The notes beneath the pieces are model-generated. The model had not been told where the DNA came from, searched no databases, and saw nothing but the letters and a program-made list of their open reading frames with translations. Shown here piece after piece: positions 54,440 through 63,733 of a stretch of DNA of 64,000 nt. How positions within the stretch are numbered: the first letter of the stretch is position 1; each line of letters begins with the position of its first letter. Position numbers and translations under genes: made by a program. Origin of the DNA: an uncultured Candidatus Bathyarchaeia archaeon (GTDB lineage: Archaea > Thermoproteota > Bathyarchaeia > Bathyarchaeales > Bathycorpusculaceae). Location: assembly GCA_964582085.1 (NCBI GenBank), contig CAZOPV010000006.1, positions 17,026-81,025 of the forward strand. Reading direction: 5' to 3'.

Positions 54440-56611
54440 CTAATACGTCGTCGTGGTCGTAATCGTGGTTATGTAGGTTGTAGTGCCCAATGTGGTTGAC
54501 GTTGTAACCGTCGTAACCTCGGTTGAACTATAAGTCGTAGTGCCTGACGTTATGGTCGTCGTAATTGTGGTGGTGTAATTTGAAGTTACAGTTGTCACCG
54601 TGGTCGTTGTAGACGTGGAAGTGCTCGTCCCTGACGTGCTGGTGCTTGTCATCGTGGTGGTTCCCGAAGTAATTGTCGACGTTGACGGTGAAGTCGCCGT
54701 CGTGGTTGTAGTCGTGGCTATAATTAGCGTAGTTGTCGTAGAGGTTGTGGTGGTCACAGTTAAAGTGGCAGTTGTCTGGGTCGTTGTTGTGATCGTAGAA
54801 GTTGTAGTCGTCGGGCTTGTTGTTGTAATTTGAGAAGTCGTAGTGGTCGGAGTCGTGGTTATCACAGTTGTCGTTGTCAAACTCGTTGTAGTCACATTTG
54901 ACGTACTTGTTGTAGCTGAAGAAGTCACGACCGTACTTGTACTTGTAGTCGAAGTGGTCGTTGTTACCTGACTTGTTATAGTGGTAGTTATGGGGTCTTT
55001 AGGTTTCAACGCAAACGCCCTCACACCCCAAGGATCTGAAGCACCCATAGTGTAACTTCCGCCGCTTATTGTCCCCGCAGACGGCATAGCAGCAGTTTGA
55101 AGCTGAATACAACCGTCAGCGCCTGCAGTGCTGGTGAACTCTCCTACAGCTTCTGTCCAATCCCCACCCGTTTCTCCAGTAAAAGAGCCAACAGCGTTGT
55201 CATCATTTACGAACACAAAAGCAACCGCCAGTCTGTATGTGTCCGACGTCGTAACCGACGGCGCCGCAATAGTGTTTGACGTAGCCGATAAGAAGCCACC
55301 TCCCTCAGTAAAGCTTGAGGTTGCAGCATTGCGGAACGCATACATCCTAGCCATTTTGTTCGCCGGGCCGCCAACAGTGATTGTGATAGTTCCCGACTCG
55401 GTGCCATCGCTTATTCTGTAGTAAATCCATTGTCGCCCAGTTCCTGTTGAATCGGGACCATACAGTAAAGTAAATCCGCTTGGAGTTGTTGGACTATTTC
55501 CTATATCTCGAACTGTAACCTGGAGCAAGATCAAGTCACCTGATTGAAGACCCGACGGATACGACGGTGTAGGATTGCCTGTGGTGCCCGAACCTGTTCC
55601 AGCCGAAACATAGGTTACTTGGCTTTTCGGAATAGTTGACGTAGTGGTTGTCTGAGAGGTTGTAGCAAACGTCGACGTAGTGGTAGTTGGTGATGTTGTA
55701 GTTACTGTTTGAGTGGTTGTTGTAAGCGTTGTGGTTGTAACCGTTGATGTTGAAGCTGAAGTTGTCGTAACCTGAAGTGTACTAGTGGTTTGAGTGGTGG
55801 TTGTAACCTGAGAAGTGGAAGAAGACGACGTAGTGGTAGTCACCTGTAAGGTTGTAGTAGTTGGTGTAGCCGTAGTTACAGTACTAGTAGAAGTCGTCTG
55901 GGTTGTAGTCGTTACTGGATAAGTGGTGGTTGAGGTGGTTGTCAAAGTTGAAGTGCCAGAAGTTGTTGTTGAAGTTAGCGTAGTTGTGCCCGAAGTTGTA
56001 GTGGACTTCAGAGTAGATGTACCTGGAGTAATTGTTGTAGTAGTTAGCGGCGTGGTAGTGGTGGTCTGAGTTGAGGTGCCGCTTGTGCTTGTAATTGTGA
56101 CCGTTGATGTAGTCACAGTCGTAGTGAAAGTGCTGGTTGCGGAAGTTGAGGATGTTGTAACTGTAGAAGTAAGCGTTACGGTAGTAAGAACGCCTGTAAA
56201 GGGCGCAGCAACTTCTATTCTTGTCCCACGGGAACTTACAAGCCTAAATATGTATGCTGAGTTATCAGAGAATCCAAGCGGGTAAGTTATATTTATCCAA
56301 GCGCTGTCGCCTGGCAGAATGTAAGTGCCAGACGATATAATCGTGCTAATACTTCCATTTATATCGACGCTGACTATCTCCACGTCTGCTTCTCCAACAT
56401 TAAACACATACAACGAAGCTGTGGTGTACGAATTGAAACGTATATTCTCAACGGTTATGCGTTCTTGGAGTTCTAAAATTGGCCCACGCCTTTGACTGTT
56501 AATCCAACTGCTGTATGCCCCATAAATTAGTCCGAATGCAACAATAGTTACTACAATGAGCAACAGAGCAGTAACTACCGTTTCAACACCAGCGTTTTTC
56601 CGAAATGGCAT
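54440..56611 (-). CDS. Mucin-like poly-Thr/Ser pilin-domain surface protein
   Basis: MPFRKNAG|VETVVTALLLIVVTIVAF class III signal and a pilin beta domain. Two ~185-aa Thr/Ser tracts flank a ~210-aa globular domain. Confidence 0.8.
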   Translation of the reverse strand: MPFRKNAGVETVVTALLLIVVTIVAFGLIYGAYSSWINSQRRGPILELQERITVENIRFNSYTTASLYVFNVGEADVEIVSVDINGSISTIISSGTYILPGDSAWINITYPLGFSDNSAYIFRLVSSRGTRIEVAAPFTGVLTTVTLTSTVTTSSTSATSTFTTTVTTSTVTITSTSGTSTQTTTTTPLTTTTITPGTSTLKSTTTSGTTTLTSTTTSGTSTLTTTSTTTYPVTTTTQTTSTSTVTTATPTTTTLQVTTTTSSSSTSQVTTTTQTTSTLQVTTTSASTSTVTTTTLTTTTQTVTTTSPTTTTSTFATTSQTTTTSTIPKSQVTYVSAGTGSGTTGNPTPSYPSGLQSGDLILLQVTVRDIGNSPTTPSGFTLLYGPDSTGTGRQWIYYRISDGTESGTITITVGGPANKMARMYAFRNAATSSFTEGGGFLSATSNTIAAPSVTTSDTYRLAVAFVFVNDDNAVGSFTGETGGDWTEAVGEFTSTAGADGCIQLQTAAMPSAGTISGGSYTMGASDPWGVRAFALKPKDPITTTITSQVTTTTSTTSTSTVVTSSATTSTSNVTTTSLTTTTVITTTPTTTTSQITTTSPTTTTSTITTTTQTTATLTVTTTTSTTTTLIIATTTTTTATSPSTSTITSGTTTMTSTSTSGTSTSTSTTTTVTTVTSNYTTTITTTITSGTTTYSSTEVTTVTTSTTLGTTTYITTITTTTTY
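54443..54991 (-). repeat. Coding low-complexity Thr/Ser tract 2
   Basis: About 183 codons, Thr-dominated, running to the C-terminus (..ITTITTTTTY*). Confidence 0.8.
55628..56191 (-). repeat. Coding low-complexity Thr/Ser tract 1
   Basis: About 188 codons that are almost entirely ACN/TCN/GTN, with imperfect TTSGT(S/T)TL- and QVTTTT-type repeats. Confidence 0.8.
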
Positions 56612-56866
56612 ACAAAAGTATACTACTATACACCACACGTTATAAAACTAATCATCAAAGTATGTGTATTCAAGACTGTGCACATTTGGAAACCGCCCGC
56701 CCCTCATAAACACTATCAAAATAGTGGGTACTTAGACTTATAAATAGCAAATGATGCCTTAAAACATAAAAAAATATTTACATTAATCGTAAATTTTAAT
56801 TTTGATGAGCAAAAAACACAAAAAAACTTATATCCAACTTAAGATTACTCAACACACGGAATTACT

Positions 56867-59071
56867 GTGAAAAAATTTATTCTAATACTCCTAATACTCT
56901 TCACCTCAATAGCAACTGCAGCTTCATGCGGTTGCACCCGCGCAGAATCCACAGTAATAATGACAGTAAACTACATCATCGTCGGCGGCGGAACAGGCTA
57001 TTCACCACCCACATTTCATTATATTAATGCAAACGGTGAACAGGCTAACTTAACCCTAAGTCAAAACCCCACAGTAGTGACCGTTCTTTCTTCATCTTCA
57101 TGGTCCGTTACACCTGCTTCACTTGAAGGATCAATGGAAAACGAGAGATGGTGCACCGGCGAAGCAGCAACTGGAACCGCATCCTCCGTAGCCATAACAT
57201 TCACATTTTACCACCAGTACAAAGTCAACACAAGCTTTTCTACTTCTGATAGCTCCCAACCATCAGCGGCAGTTATTCTCTCAGGTGTTTCATTAGGCGG
57301 CGCGTTTGATGCGCCCTTGTCGAATACAACAACCTTTGTATGGCTAGACGCCGCGTCAAATTGGACCGTAACCAACCCCATAATATCCTCTTCAGGAACT
57401 GAACGATGGTATGCTACAAACGAAACCAATGGCACGGTAACTCCAACTACAGTAATTGCACCACACTACCACCACCAGTACAAGGTCACTTTCGCTCAAT
57501 CAGGTCTCGGTTCAGACTATTCAGGCACAATTTTAACGGTAAATGAAACAACAAACCTTGAGTCGTTGCCAACCAGCACGTGGGCTGATAGGGGCACTTC
57601 AGTAAGTTTCAATTATACCCCTGAAGTTCCAAGTACACTTCCAAACAAAAAATATGCACTGGTAGCAACAAACGCTTCATCCCCACTGACAATTTCAGCT
57701 GCAACCACCATCAGCGGCAACTACACAACACTCTATTACATAACAATCAACAGCCCACACGGCAATCCAAATAAAACCTCGCAATGGGTCAACGCAGGAG
57801 ACACCTTCACAGTATCGGTCACTAACCCAGACATTATCGAGCCAGGTCACCAGTGGAGCCTCACCGCTACATCGCTCGATGGCGTAGTTCAACCTCCCTC
57901 AAACTCATTAACCCTCACAAACATACAAACAGCCCACAACATAGTCTTCACCTGGATCGAACAATACGTAATCTCTGCCTCAACAACCCCCAACGGCCAA
58001 ATTTCCCCAAACGGAACCCTCCCGCTCAAAGCTGGAAGCAACCAAACCTTCACAATAACACCAAACCCCGGCTACCACATAGTTAACGTGGTAGTAGACA
58101 ATATCTCTATGGGGCCAATCACCTCTTACACTTTTACAAACGTTAACGCCCCCCATCACATATCTGCTACATTTGAAGCAAACCCCAACTTAAGTAACGT
58201 GACCTTCATAGTCACCGGTCTCCCAAACGGAACACGCTGGAACCTAACAGTAGGCAACAGAACATTAACCTCAACATCAAACACCCTAACAGTCAGAGAC
58301 CTACCAAGCGGCATACACCCATGGAACATAACAGCAACTATCCCAGGTTCAGAAGGAACACGGTATTTAGCCGCCATATCCAGCGGCTACGCGTCAAGCA
58401 ACAACGTATCAATAACTTACACAACTCAATATAGCTTAATTGTCACCTCGCCCTATGGCTCTGCAAGAGGCTCAGGCTGGTACAACAAAGGCGCCACTGC
58501 ATTTGCAATTCTTGACAGAGACGTAATAGACGAAAATGACACTCTAACATACACCTTCACAGGTTGGACAGGAGATGCAACAGGAACAAGCTTGACAAGC
58601 AACCCTATTGTAATGAACGAACCAAAAAATGCCTTGGCTAAATGGACAACCACCTGTCGCCTAAACCTAACAAACCTAGACGTCACACTAGAAACTAACA
58701 GTACACTCAACGAATTAGCAACCAACGAAACAAACATAACACTTGCCGTTGATGGCAAAACCGACACCAACGGCTACTTAATCATCACACTACCCAAACA
58801 ACCAAGCGACATCGCAACACAACTACGCGTTTTCTTAGACGGAATCGAAATAACACCCCAAATAATCCCAGGTAACACAACAGACTTCCTATACATCACC
58901 TACCCAAATAAGCCACAAACCATAACCATATCAAACCCAGCCGCGGGCGCAGCTGAAAACGAAGAAGGCATCGACTGGTCCCTAATTGCAGCAATACTCA
59001 CATTGATAATCTCATTTGTCATAGTAGTATACCTAATAAGGTCCCTGCGTAAATCCACACAAAGTTTTTGA
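56867..59071 (+). CDS. Sequon-dense surface glycoprotein candidate with B-repeat-like domains and C-terminal TM anchor
   Basis: Signal peptide KKFILILLILFTSIATAAS. More than 20 N-x-S/T sequons. Repeats of the type YxLxVxSxYGxxxGSGWYxxG..FTGWTGD. C-terminal IAAILTLIISFVIVVYLIRSLRK. Confidence 0.75.
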   Translation: MKKFILILLILFTSIATAASCGCTRAESTVIMTVNYIIVGGGTGYSPPTFHYINANGEQANLTLSQNPTVVTVLSSSSWSVTPASLEGSMENERWCTGEAATGTASSVAITFTFYHQYKVNTSFSTSDSSQPSAAVILSGVSLGGAFDAPLSNTTTFVWLDAASNWTVTNPIISSSGTERWYATNETNGTVTPTTVIAPHYHHQYKVTFAQSGLGSDYSGTILTVNETTNLESLPTSTWADRGTSVSFNYTPEVPSTLPNKKYALVATNASSPLTISAATTISGNYTTLYYITINSPHGNPNKTSQWVNAGDTFTVSVTNPDIIEPGHQWSLTATSLDGVVQPPSNSLTLTNIQTAHNIVFTWIEQYVISASTTPNGQISPNGTLPLKAGSNQTFTITPNPGYHIVNVVVDNISMGPITSYTFTNVNAPHHISATFEANPNLSNVTFIVTGLPNGTRWNLTVGNRTLTSTSNTLTVRDLPSGIHPWNITATIPGSEGTRYLAAISSGYASSNNVSITYTTQYSLIVTSPYGSARGSGWYNKGATAFAILDRDVIDENDTLTYTFTGWTGDATGTSLTSNPIVMNEPKNALAKWTTTCRLNLTNLDVTLETNSTLNELATNETNITLAVDGKTDTNGYLIITLPKQPSDIATQLRVFLDGIEITPQIIPGNTTDFLYITYPNKPQTITISNPAAGAAENEEGIDWSLIAAILTLIISFVIVVYLIRSLRKSTQSF

Positions 59072-59143
59072 TTACACCAAACAAACCATAAATTCAAATA
59101 ATCACATCAACAAAAAACCTAAACAAGAAAACAGGTGCAATCA

Positions 59144-59893
59144 ATGATAGAAAGAATCAAATCAGGCATACAAGGATTAGACGAACTAATCGAAGGCGGT
59201 TTCCCCAAAGACTTTTGCTACGCCATAGTAGGTGGTCCAGGAGCAGGAAAAACAATCTTTGGCTCACAATTCATCTACCACGGAATAAGCCGATACAACG
59301 AAAACGGTCTATACATTACGCTCGAAGAGCCCCCGCACTCCATTGCTAACAACATGCTGAGATTCGGCTGGAACTTCTACGAGCTAGAAAAAAGAGAAAA
59401 ATTAGCCCTCATAAACGCCACTCCAATAAAAGAACCAGGTCAAAGCAAATACACCCTCAAAGGTGAACTAGTAACAGAAGCCTTCGATGTCGACGGACTT
59501 TTAGGCTTAATAGCTGAAGCCAAAAGAAAAATTAACGCTAAAAGATGCGTAATCGACTCTCTCACCGCCTTATCCCTAAAGTACAAAGAAGAATTTGAAA
59601 TGCGCCAACAAAGTTTAAAACTAATCCGCGGTTTAATGGAGATGAACCTGACAACCCTTCTCCTCACTGAAAAATCTGAAGAATCTGCAGACCAGAAAAA
59701 ATTTAGCCCTGTAGAATTTTTAGCTCAAGGCATAATACACCTCCACGTTTACCGCATACGAGACTTTATCATACGCGCAGTAGAAGTAAGAAAAATGAGG
59801 GGCACAAAAATAATCAACAAACTCTGCCTCTACGACTTTACCGAGCAAGGCATAATGGTTTACCCACAAGAAACAATCTTCCGAAACGCCTAA
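59144..59893 (+). CDS. Single-domain KaiC-like ATPase
   Basis: GIQGLDELIEGGFPKDFCYAIVGGPGAGKTIF Walker A, the YITLEE catalytic Glu pair and RCVIDSLTA Walker B. GGTG SD precedes ATG 59144. Confidence 0.8.
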   Translation: MIERIKSGIQGLDELIEGGFPKDFCYAIVGGPGAGKTIFGSQFIYHGISRYNENGLYITLEEPPHSIANNMLRFGWNFYELEKREKLALINATPIKEPGQSKYTLKGELVTEAFDVDGLLGLIAEAKRKINAKRCVIDSLTALSLKYKEEFEMRQQSLKLIRGLMEMNLTTLLLTEKSEESADQKKFSPVEFLAQGIIHLHVYRIRDFIIRAVEVRKMRGTKIINKLCLYDFTEQGIMVYPQETIFRNA

Positions 59894-59976
59894 ACTACAA
59901 TTCACCGCCAGCTATTGAGGCTTAAGATTAAACATCAAACTGAAATTGTTTATTCACAACAAAAAATAAAAGGTAA

Positions 59977-60909
59977 TCATTGCCGTGCAGATTTCTTCTT
60001 AACCACCAACACAGCAACGATTACCACAACAACCACTACCACAATTGCTGCTACAGCAGTACTTAACGTTGAAGACGGCGAAGAGGGACTTGGTGACTGA
60101 GTTGGCGGCTCTGTTACAGAAGGCGATCCGCTGACAGAAACGCTGGTAGTACCTGTAGAAGTAGGCGTCGGCGAAGATGTTGGCTCAGGTTCTTTACTCT
60201 GAATCAACAAAGAGTAACCAGCAATTTGAGCCGACATCTCGGGCGTAGCATCAAGAGGCTTAAGAGAAAACTGGACAGACTCGTTAGGCGCAGTATAATT
60301 AGCTAAGTAGTTAGTGAACCCTGTTCCTATAACCGCGCCGGATGCATTGTAAAACGTGCCTGTTACCCACACTTTGCCGCTCTGCTGGCTACCCACGTTT
60401 TGCAGGTAACCTACCACATTGTAAATGCCGTTGTTGTCAACGTACGAAGTGTTAGCCACAATTCTTAAGCCATCATACTGGCGTACATCTGTTTCATCAG
60501 CTAAAATCACCCGAAAACTCACATGATCCAGCAGTGGTGTCCAAGTGAGGTTGCCTGAAAGGGTACTCATCACGTCAAAGAGCATGTAGAAGGGTGCTTT
60601 TTGCTGAGGCAAAAGGTTGTTGACAAACGCAATGCTGTAGGAAGCTGCTTGTGGTTCACCATCTGTGGTGTAAGCTATGCCTTCTAAACGCACAAAATCT
60701 ATAACGCTTGAACCCACATTCTGTATTTCCCCCACCACAACAAGGTCACCCGGCATAGCATAGTAACCGTAGTTTTGTGGCACATACCATGAATAGCTCA
60801 GAATCTGTATGTCCTCTCTAGCAGCACTGACGCTTGAAACAGACACACATAGACCCATCAAAAACAAAGTAATCATTAAAATCGTCATCAATTTTTTCAT
60901 GAAGCTCAC
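59977..60909 (-). CDS. Secreted two-repeat beta-sandwich protein with Ser/Pro/Thr linker and C-terminal TM anchor
   Basis: Signal peptide. Internal duplication (VVGEIQNVGSSVIDFVRLEG / VVGYLQNVGSQQSGKVWVTG). PTSSPTPTSTGTT linker. AIVVVVVVVIVAVLVVKKK anchor. Confidence 0.7.
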   Translation of the reverse strand: MSFMKKLMTILMITLFLMGLCVSVSSVSAAREDIQILSYSWYVPQNYGYYAMPGDLVVVGEIQNVGSSVIDFVRLEGIAYTTDGEPQAASYSIAFVNNLLPQQKAPFYMLFDVMSTLSGNLTWTPLLDHVSFRVILADETDVRQYDGLRIVANTSYVDNNGIYNVVGYLQNVGSQQSGKVWVTGTFYNASGAVIGTGFTNYLANYTAPNESVQFSLKPLDATPEMSAQIAGYSLLIQSKEPEPTSSPTPTSTGTTSVSVSGSPSVTEPPTQSPSPSSPSSTLSTAVAAIVVVVVVVIVAVLVVKKKSARQ

Positions 60910-61141
60910 TCTCTCTTATGCTTTTAACTTTGAAGTGGTTTTTACTATTAAAGTTTTTTAGGATTCCCCCAAATTATACCCAAATCTTAAACCAAAAATG
61001 CCTATCTTAGAAAATTCCTGTATTGCAAGTTAATCGGAGCATAAGCGGAACAGCAGTTCTATTGAAACTGTTAATTTTATATAGTATACCATTGTCTCTT
61101 AAGATTGTTGACGAAAATCAACGTGTAGGTGTGGTGGAGAG

Positions 61142-63319
61142 TTGAATTTACTTTTTAATAGTTGTTTTGAGACGCAGAAGGAACAATTGGACGTACTGCT
61201 TGTTGACGACGAGAAAGATTTTTTGGAGGTTGCAAAGGAACTTCTGGAAAGAGAACGCAATTTTAAAGTAGCTGTGGCATCTTCCGTGGATGAGGCTCTA
61301 AAAAAGCTGTCTAAAAGCGCTTTCGACGTGGTTGTTTCAGATTACAAATTGGGCGAAAAGAGCGGGTTAGATCTTCTACAATTGTTAAAAAAAGAGAGCC
61401 CTCAGCTGCCAGTCATTTTCTTTACCGGTAAAGGTAGCGAGGAGGTTGCTGTTAAAGCGCTCAATTGTGGTGTGGACGGCTATGTATCTAAACATGGCTC
61501 CACAGAAATAGTCTATGGCGAACTATCCAGTTTGATACGCCTAGTGGCAGAAAAAAAGAAGACGCAATTAACTTTAGAAAAAAGCCGGAAATGCTATCAC
61601 GCAATTATCGACCAAGCGGTTGACTCAATTTTTGTTCTTGATTTAAGCAATAAAATCTTGGATGTGAACCAGCAAGCGTGCAGAAGTCTTCAGTACACAC
61701 AAAGAGAACTGCTTTCATTGAATATAACTGATCTCTTTGCTGAGCCAACAAAAGAGGAGTTGAGAGTCTGCTTGAGCGAACTTTCAAAGTCTAACCCCGT
61801 AGTTTTTGAAGGCACCCAAAAACGCAAAGACCAAAGCACCTTTCCAGTAGAGCTGTCTTTGAATAAAATAGGGCTAAACGGGGAAGCAATTATTGTTTTG
61901 ACGGCAAAAGACCTGACTGAACGCAAAAAGGCTGAGGCAAAACTTTCTAGGTATGCTCAACTGCAAGCGGCAACGGCTGAACTTGAACAATTAGCGTTAA
62001 CTCAACCAGACCTAAATGTTTTCCTAAATGAGGTGATAAAGAGGTCTTCTTCGGTTCTTAGACTAGACAGTTGTGCATACTTTGAGTTCTCTCCTAATAA
62101 AAGAGTGCTTTCACTTCGCGCCTGCAAAGGACTGAATGAAGATTTAGTTAACGCTTTAACCTACAGAGTGGATGACTTTTCACAGTTATGGACTACTTTG
62201 CTTCGTGAAGGCATGCTCGTTATTGAAAATTGGGCTTCAGAGAAACATTTCGAGCTGCCTCAGGATGTGGCTACTGTTAGCGTAAGAAGTAGTATCTGTG
62301 CAGTTGTTGGCTGCGCTGAGAAACCCTTTGGCTTACTCGGAGGCCACGTTCACGAGCCAAACGAGCGAAGTTTTGAATCAGACGAACGTGGCTTTTTCAG
62401 ATCCATAGCTACTTTAATAGCCCAAGTTATTGACCACAAAAACATGCTTGATAAACTACACGAGTCTGAGACAACCTACCGCGATCTGTTTAATGGCATG
62501 AACGAATCTGCATGGGTAATCAGTTTTGACGGAAAATTCATCGACTTAAACGACACCGCAGTCAACGTTTTAGGATATTCTAAAGAAGAACTCCTCTCAA
62601 TGGGACCAGTAGATATCGATAGTAATTTGAGCAGAGAACAAATTGACGAGTTAATCAAACGGTTACCCTCAGATAGACAGCAAATCTTCGAAACCGAACA
62701 CACCGCCAAGGATGGCAAGAAAATTCCAGTGGAGATAAGCTCCACTTTAATAAACTATAAAGGCCAGACAGCAATTTTGAGCATTGCACGAGATATTTCT
62801 GAGCGAAAAGTACTACAAGCGCGCCTACGCAATTTAAGTTACCAACTAAACGGCTTAGCCGCCGGAGAAAGTTATCTCTGCGAAGCACACACACAAGCAT
62901 TTAAAGCGTATGCAGACTTGACGTTTTACGGCGTACCAGGATTATGCATCGTACGTGAAGACCCGCACAGGATAATCAAAGACTACGGCGTTAAATCCGA
63001 AGATACACGACTGCTTTCATCTAAAAGCGTAAAAGGATTTGTAGCATTGTCTGATCTGCAGTCGGTATCTCTTACAATCTCCGACTTTCTCAAGCTACAC
63101 GGTAATGGCATAGTACTCTTGGACGGTTTAGAGTACCTTATCAGTCTGTTTGGGTTTGACGCGGTCTTCAGACTTATTCAAGAGAAACGATTCGACTTCC
63201 TTGAAAACGGCGGAGTGCTCCTTGTGCCTGTTGATGTTGCCGCACTTACCGCGAAAGAAAAGGCTCTCTTATTAAGTGAGCTTAAACCGTTAGCCCCTGC
63301 AACAACCAGCAAACCCTAA
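61142..63319 (+). CDS. Response regulator: REC + PAS + GAF + PAS + DUF835
   Basis: The REC domain has an intact acidic pocket (LLVDDE), phospho-acceptor (VVVSDYKL), T (FFTGKG) and K (YVSK). Two PAS domains end in DLTERKKAE and DISERK, with a GAF domain between them. The C-terminal GLCIVREDPHRIIKDYGV..IVLLDGLEYLISLFGFDAVFRLIQEKRFDFL is DUF835. Confidence 0.8.
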   Translation: MNLLFNSCFETQKEQLDVLLVDDEKDFLEVAKELLERERNFKVAVASSVDEALKKLSKSAFDVVVSDYKLGEKSGLDLLQLLKKESPQLPVIFFTGKGSEEVAVKALNCGVDGYVSKHGSTEIVYGELSSLIRLVAEKKKTQLTLEKSRKCYHAIIDQAVDSIFVLDLSNKILDVNQQACRSLQYTQRELLSLNITDLFAEPTKEELRVCLSELSKSNPVVFEGTQKRKDQSTFPVELSLNKIGLNGEAIIVLTAKDLTERKKAEAKLSRYAQLQAATAELEQLALTQPDLNVFLNEVIKRSSSVLRLDSCAYFEFSPNKRVLSLRACKGLNEDLVNALTYRVDDFSQLWTTLLREGMLVIENWASEKHFELPQDVATVSVRSSICAVVGCAEKPFGLLGGHVHEPNERSFESDERGFFRSIATLIAQVIDHKNMLDKLHESETTYRDLFNGMNESAWVISFDGKFIDLNDTAVNVLGYSKEELLSMGPVDIDSNLSREQIDELIKRLPSDRQQIFETEHTAKDGKKIPVEISSTLINYKGQTAILSIARDISERKVLQARLRNLSYQLNGLAAGESYLCEAHTQAFKAYADLTFYGVPGLCIVREDPHRIIKDYGVKSEDTRLLSSKSVKGFVALSDLQSVSLTISDFLKLHGNGIVLLDGLEYLISLFGFDAVFRLIQEKRFDFLENGGVLLVPVDVAALTAKEKALLLSELKPLAPATTSKP

Positions 63320-63328
63320 AAACAAAAC

Positions 63329-63733
63329 ATGATAAAGCTAAACCTAATATCACAGGCTACCTACCATCTAAATTCTATGATCCGAACGGTGAACCTTGAC
63401 ACCAACAACCAAACAGAAGTAACCCCAACTGCACTTAAAACCCTCAACCTGCGAAACACTTGGCTAGAACTAGTCGAGACAACAAAAGAAGAAGTAGAAT
63501 GCGTCTCTGATAAAATTAGTGTAGCGCAGAACTTTCTAGATTTACCCACCTCCGCTGGCTTAGTTAACCTGCGATTAGAAGATGACTTCACCGTAGTAAA
63601 CTTCGTTATAATCCAAGATATAATAGCATCCAAAGAAGTACACCCAATAGTTATGATTTTATGCAAAGACTTCCTCGTTACCGTTGCAAAAAAGCCGACC
63701 AACACATTATTAATTTGGTTAAAAAAAGAATGA
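63329..63733 (+). pseudogene. corA: CorA-like divalent cation transporter, N-terminal fragment (frame broken at an A7 run)
   Basis: NTWLELVETTKEEVECVSDKISVAQNFLDL..LRLEDDFTVVNFVII..ILCKDFLVTV resembles the CorA cytoplasmic N-domain. The frame ends at TGA 63731-63733, right after AAAAAAA. Confidence 0.5.

Noticed and set aside
54440-56611. Highly repetitive GTN/GTT-rich DNA that at first glance resembles a tandem-repeat or CRISPR-like array.
   Set aside because: It is one continuous 732-codon ORF on the minus strand. The periodicity is irregular, there is no repeat-spacer structure, and the repetition is fully explained by Thr/Ser codons.
59915-60100. 61-aa plus-strand ORF with a poly-Thr run.
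   Set aside because: It is antisense to the C-terminal poly-Val anchor of 59977..60909 (GTN codons read as ACN), so it is a shadow ORF.
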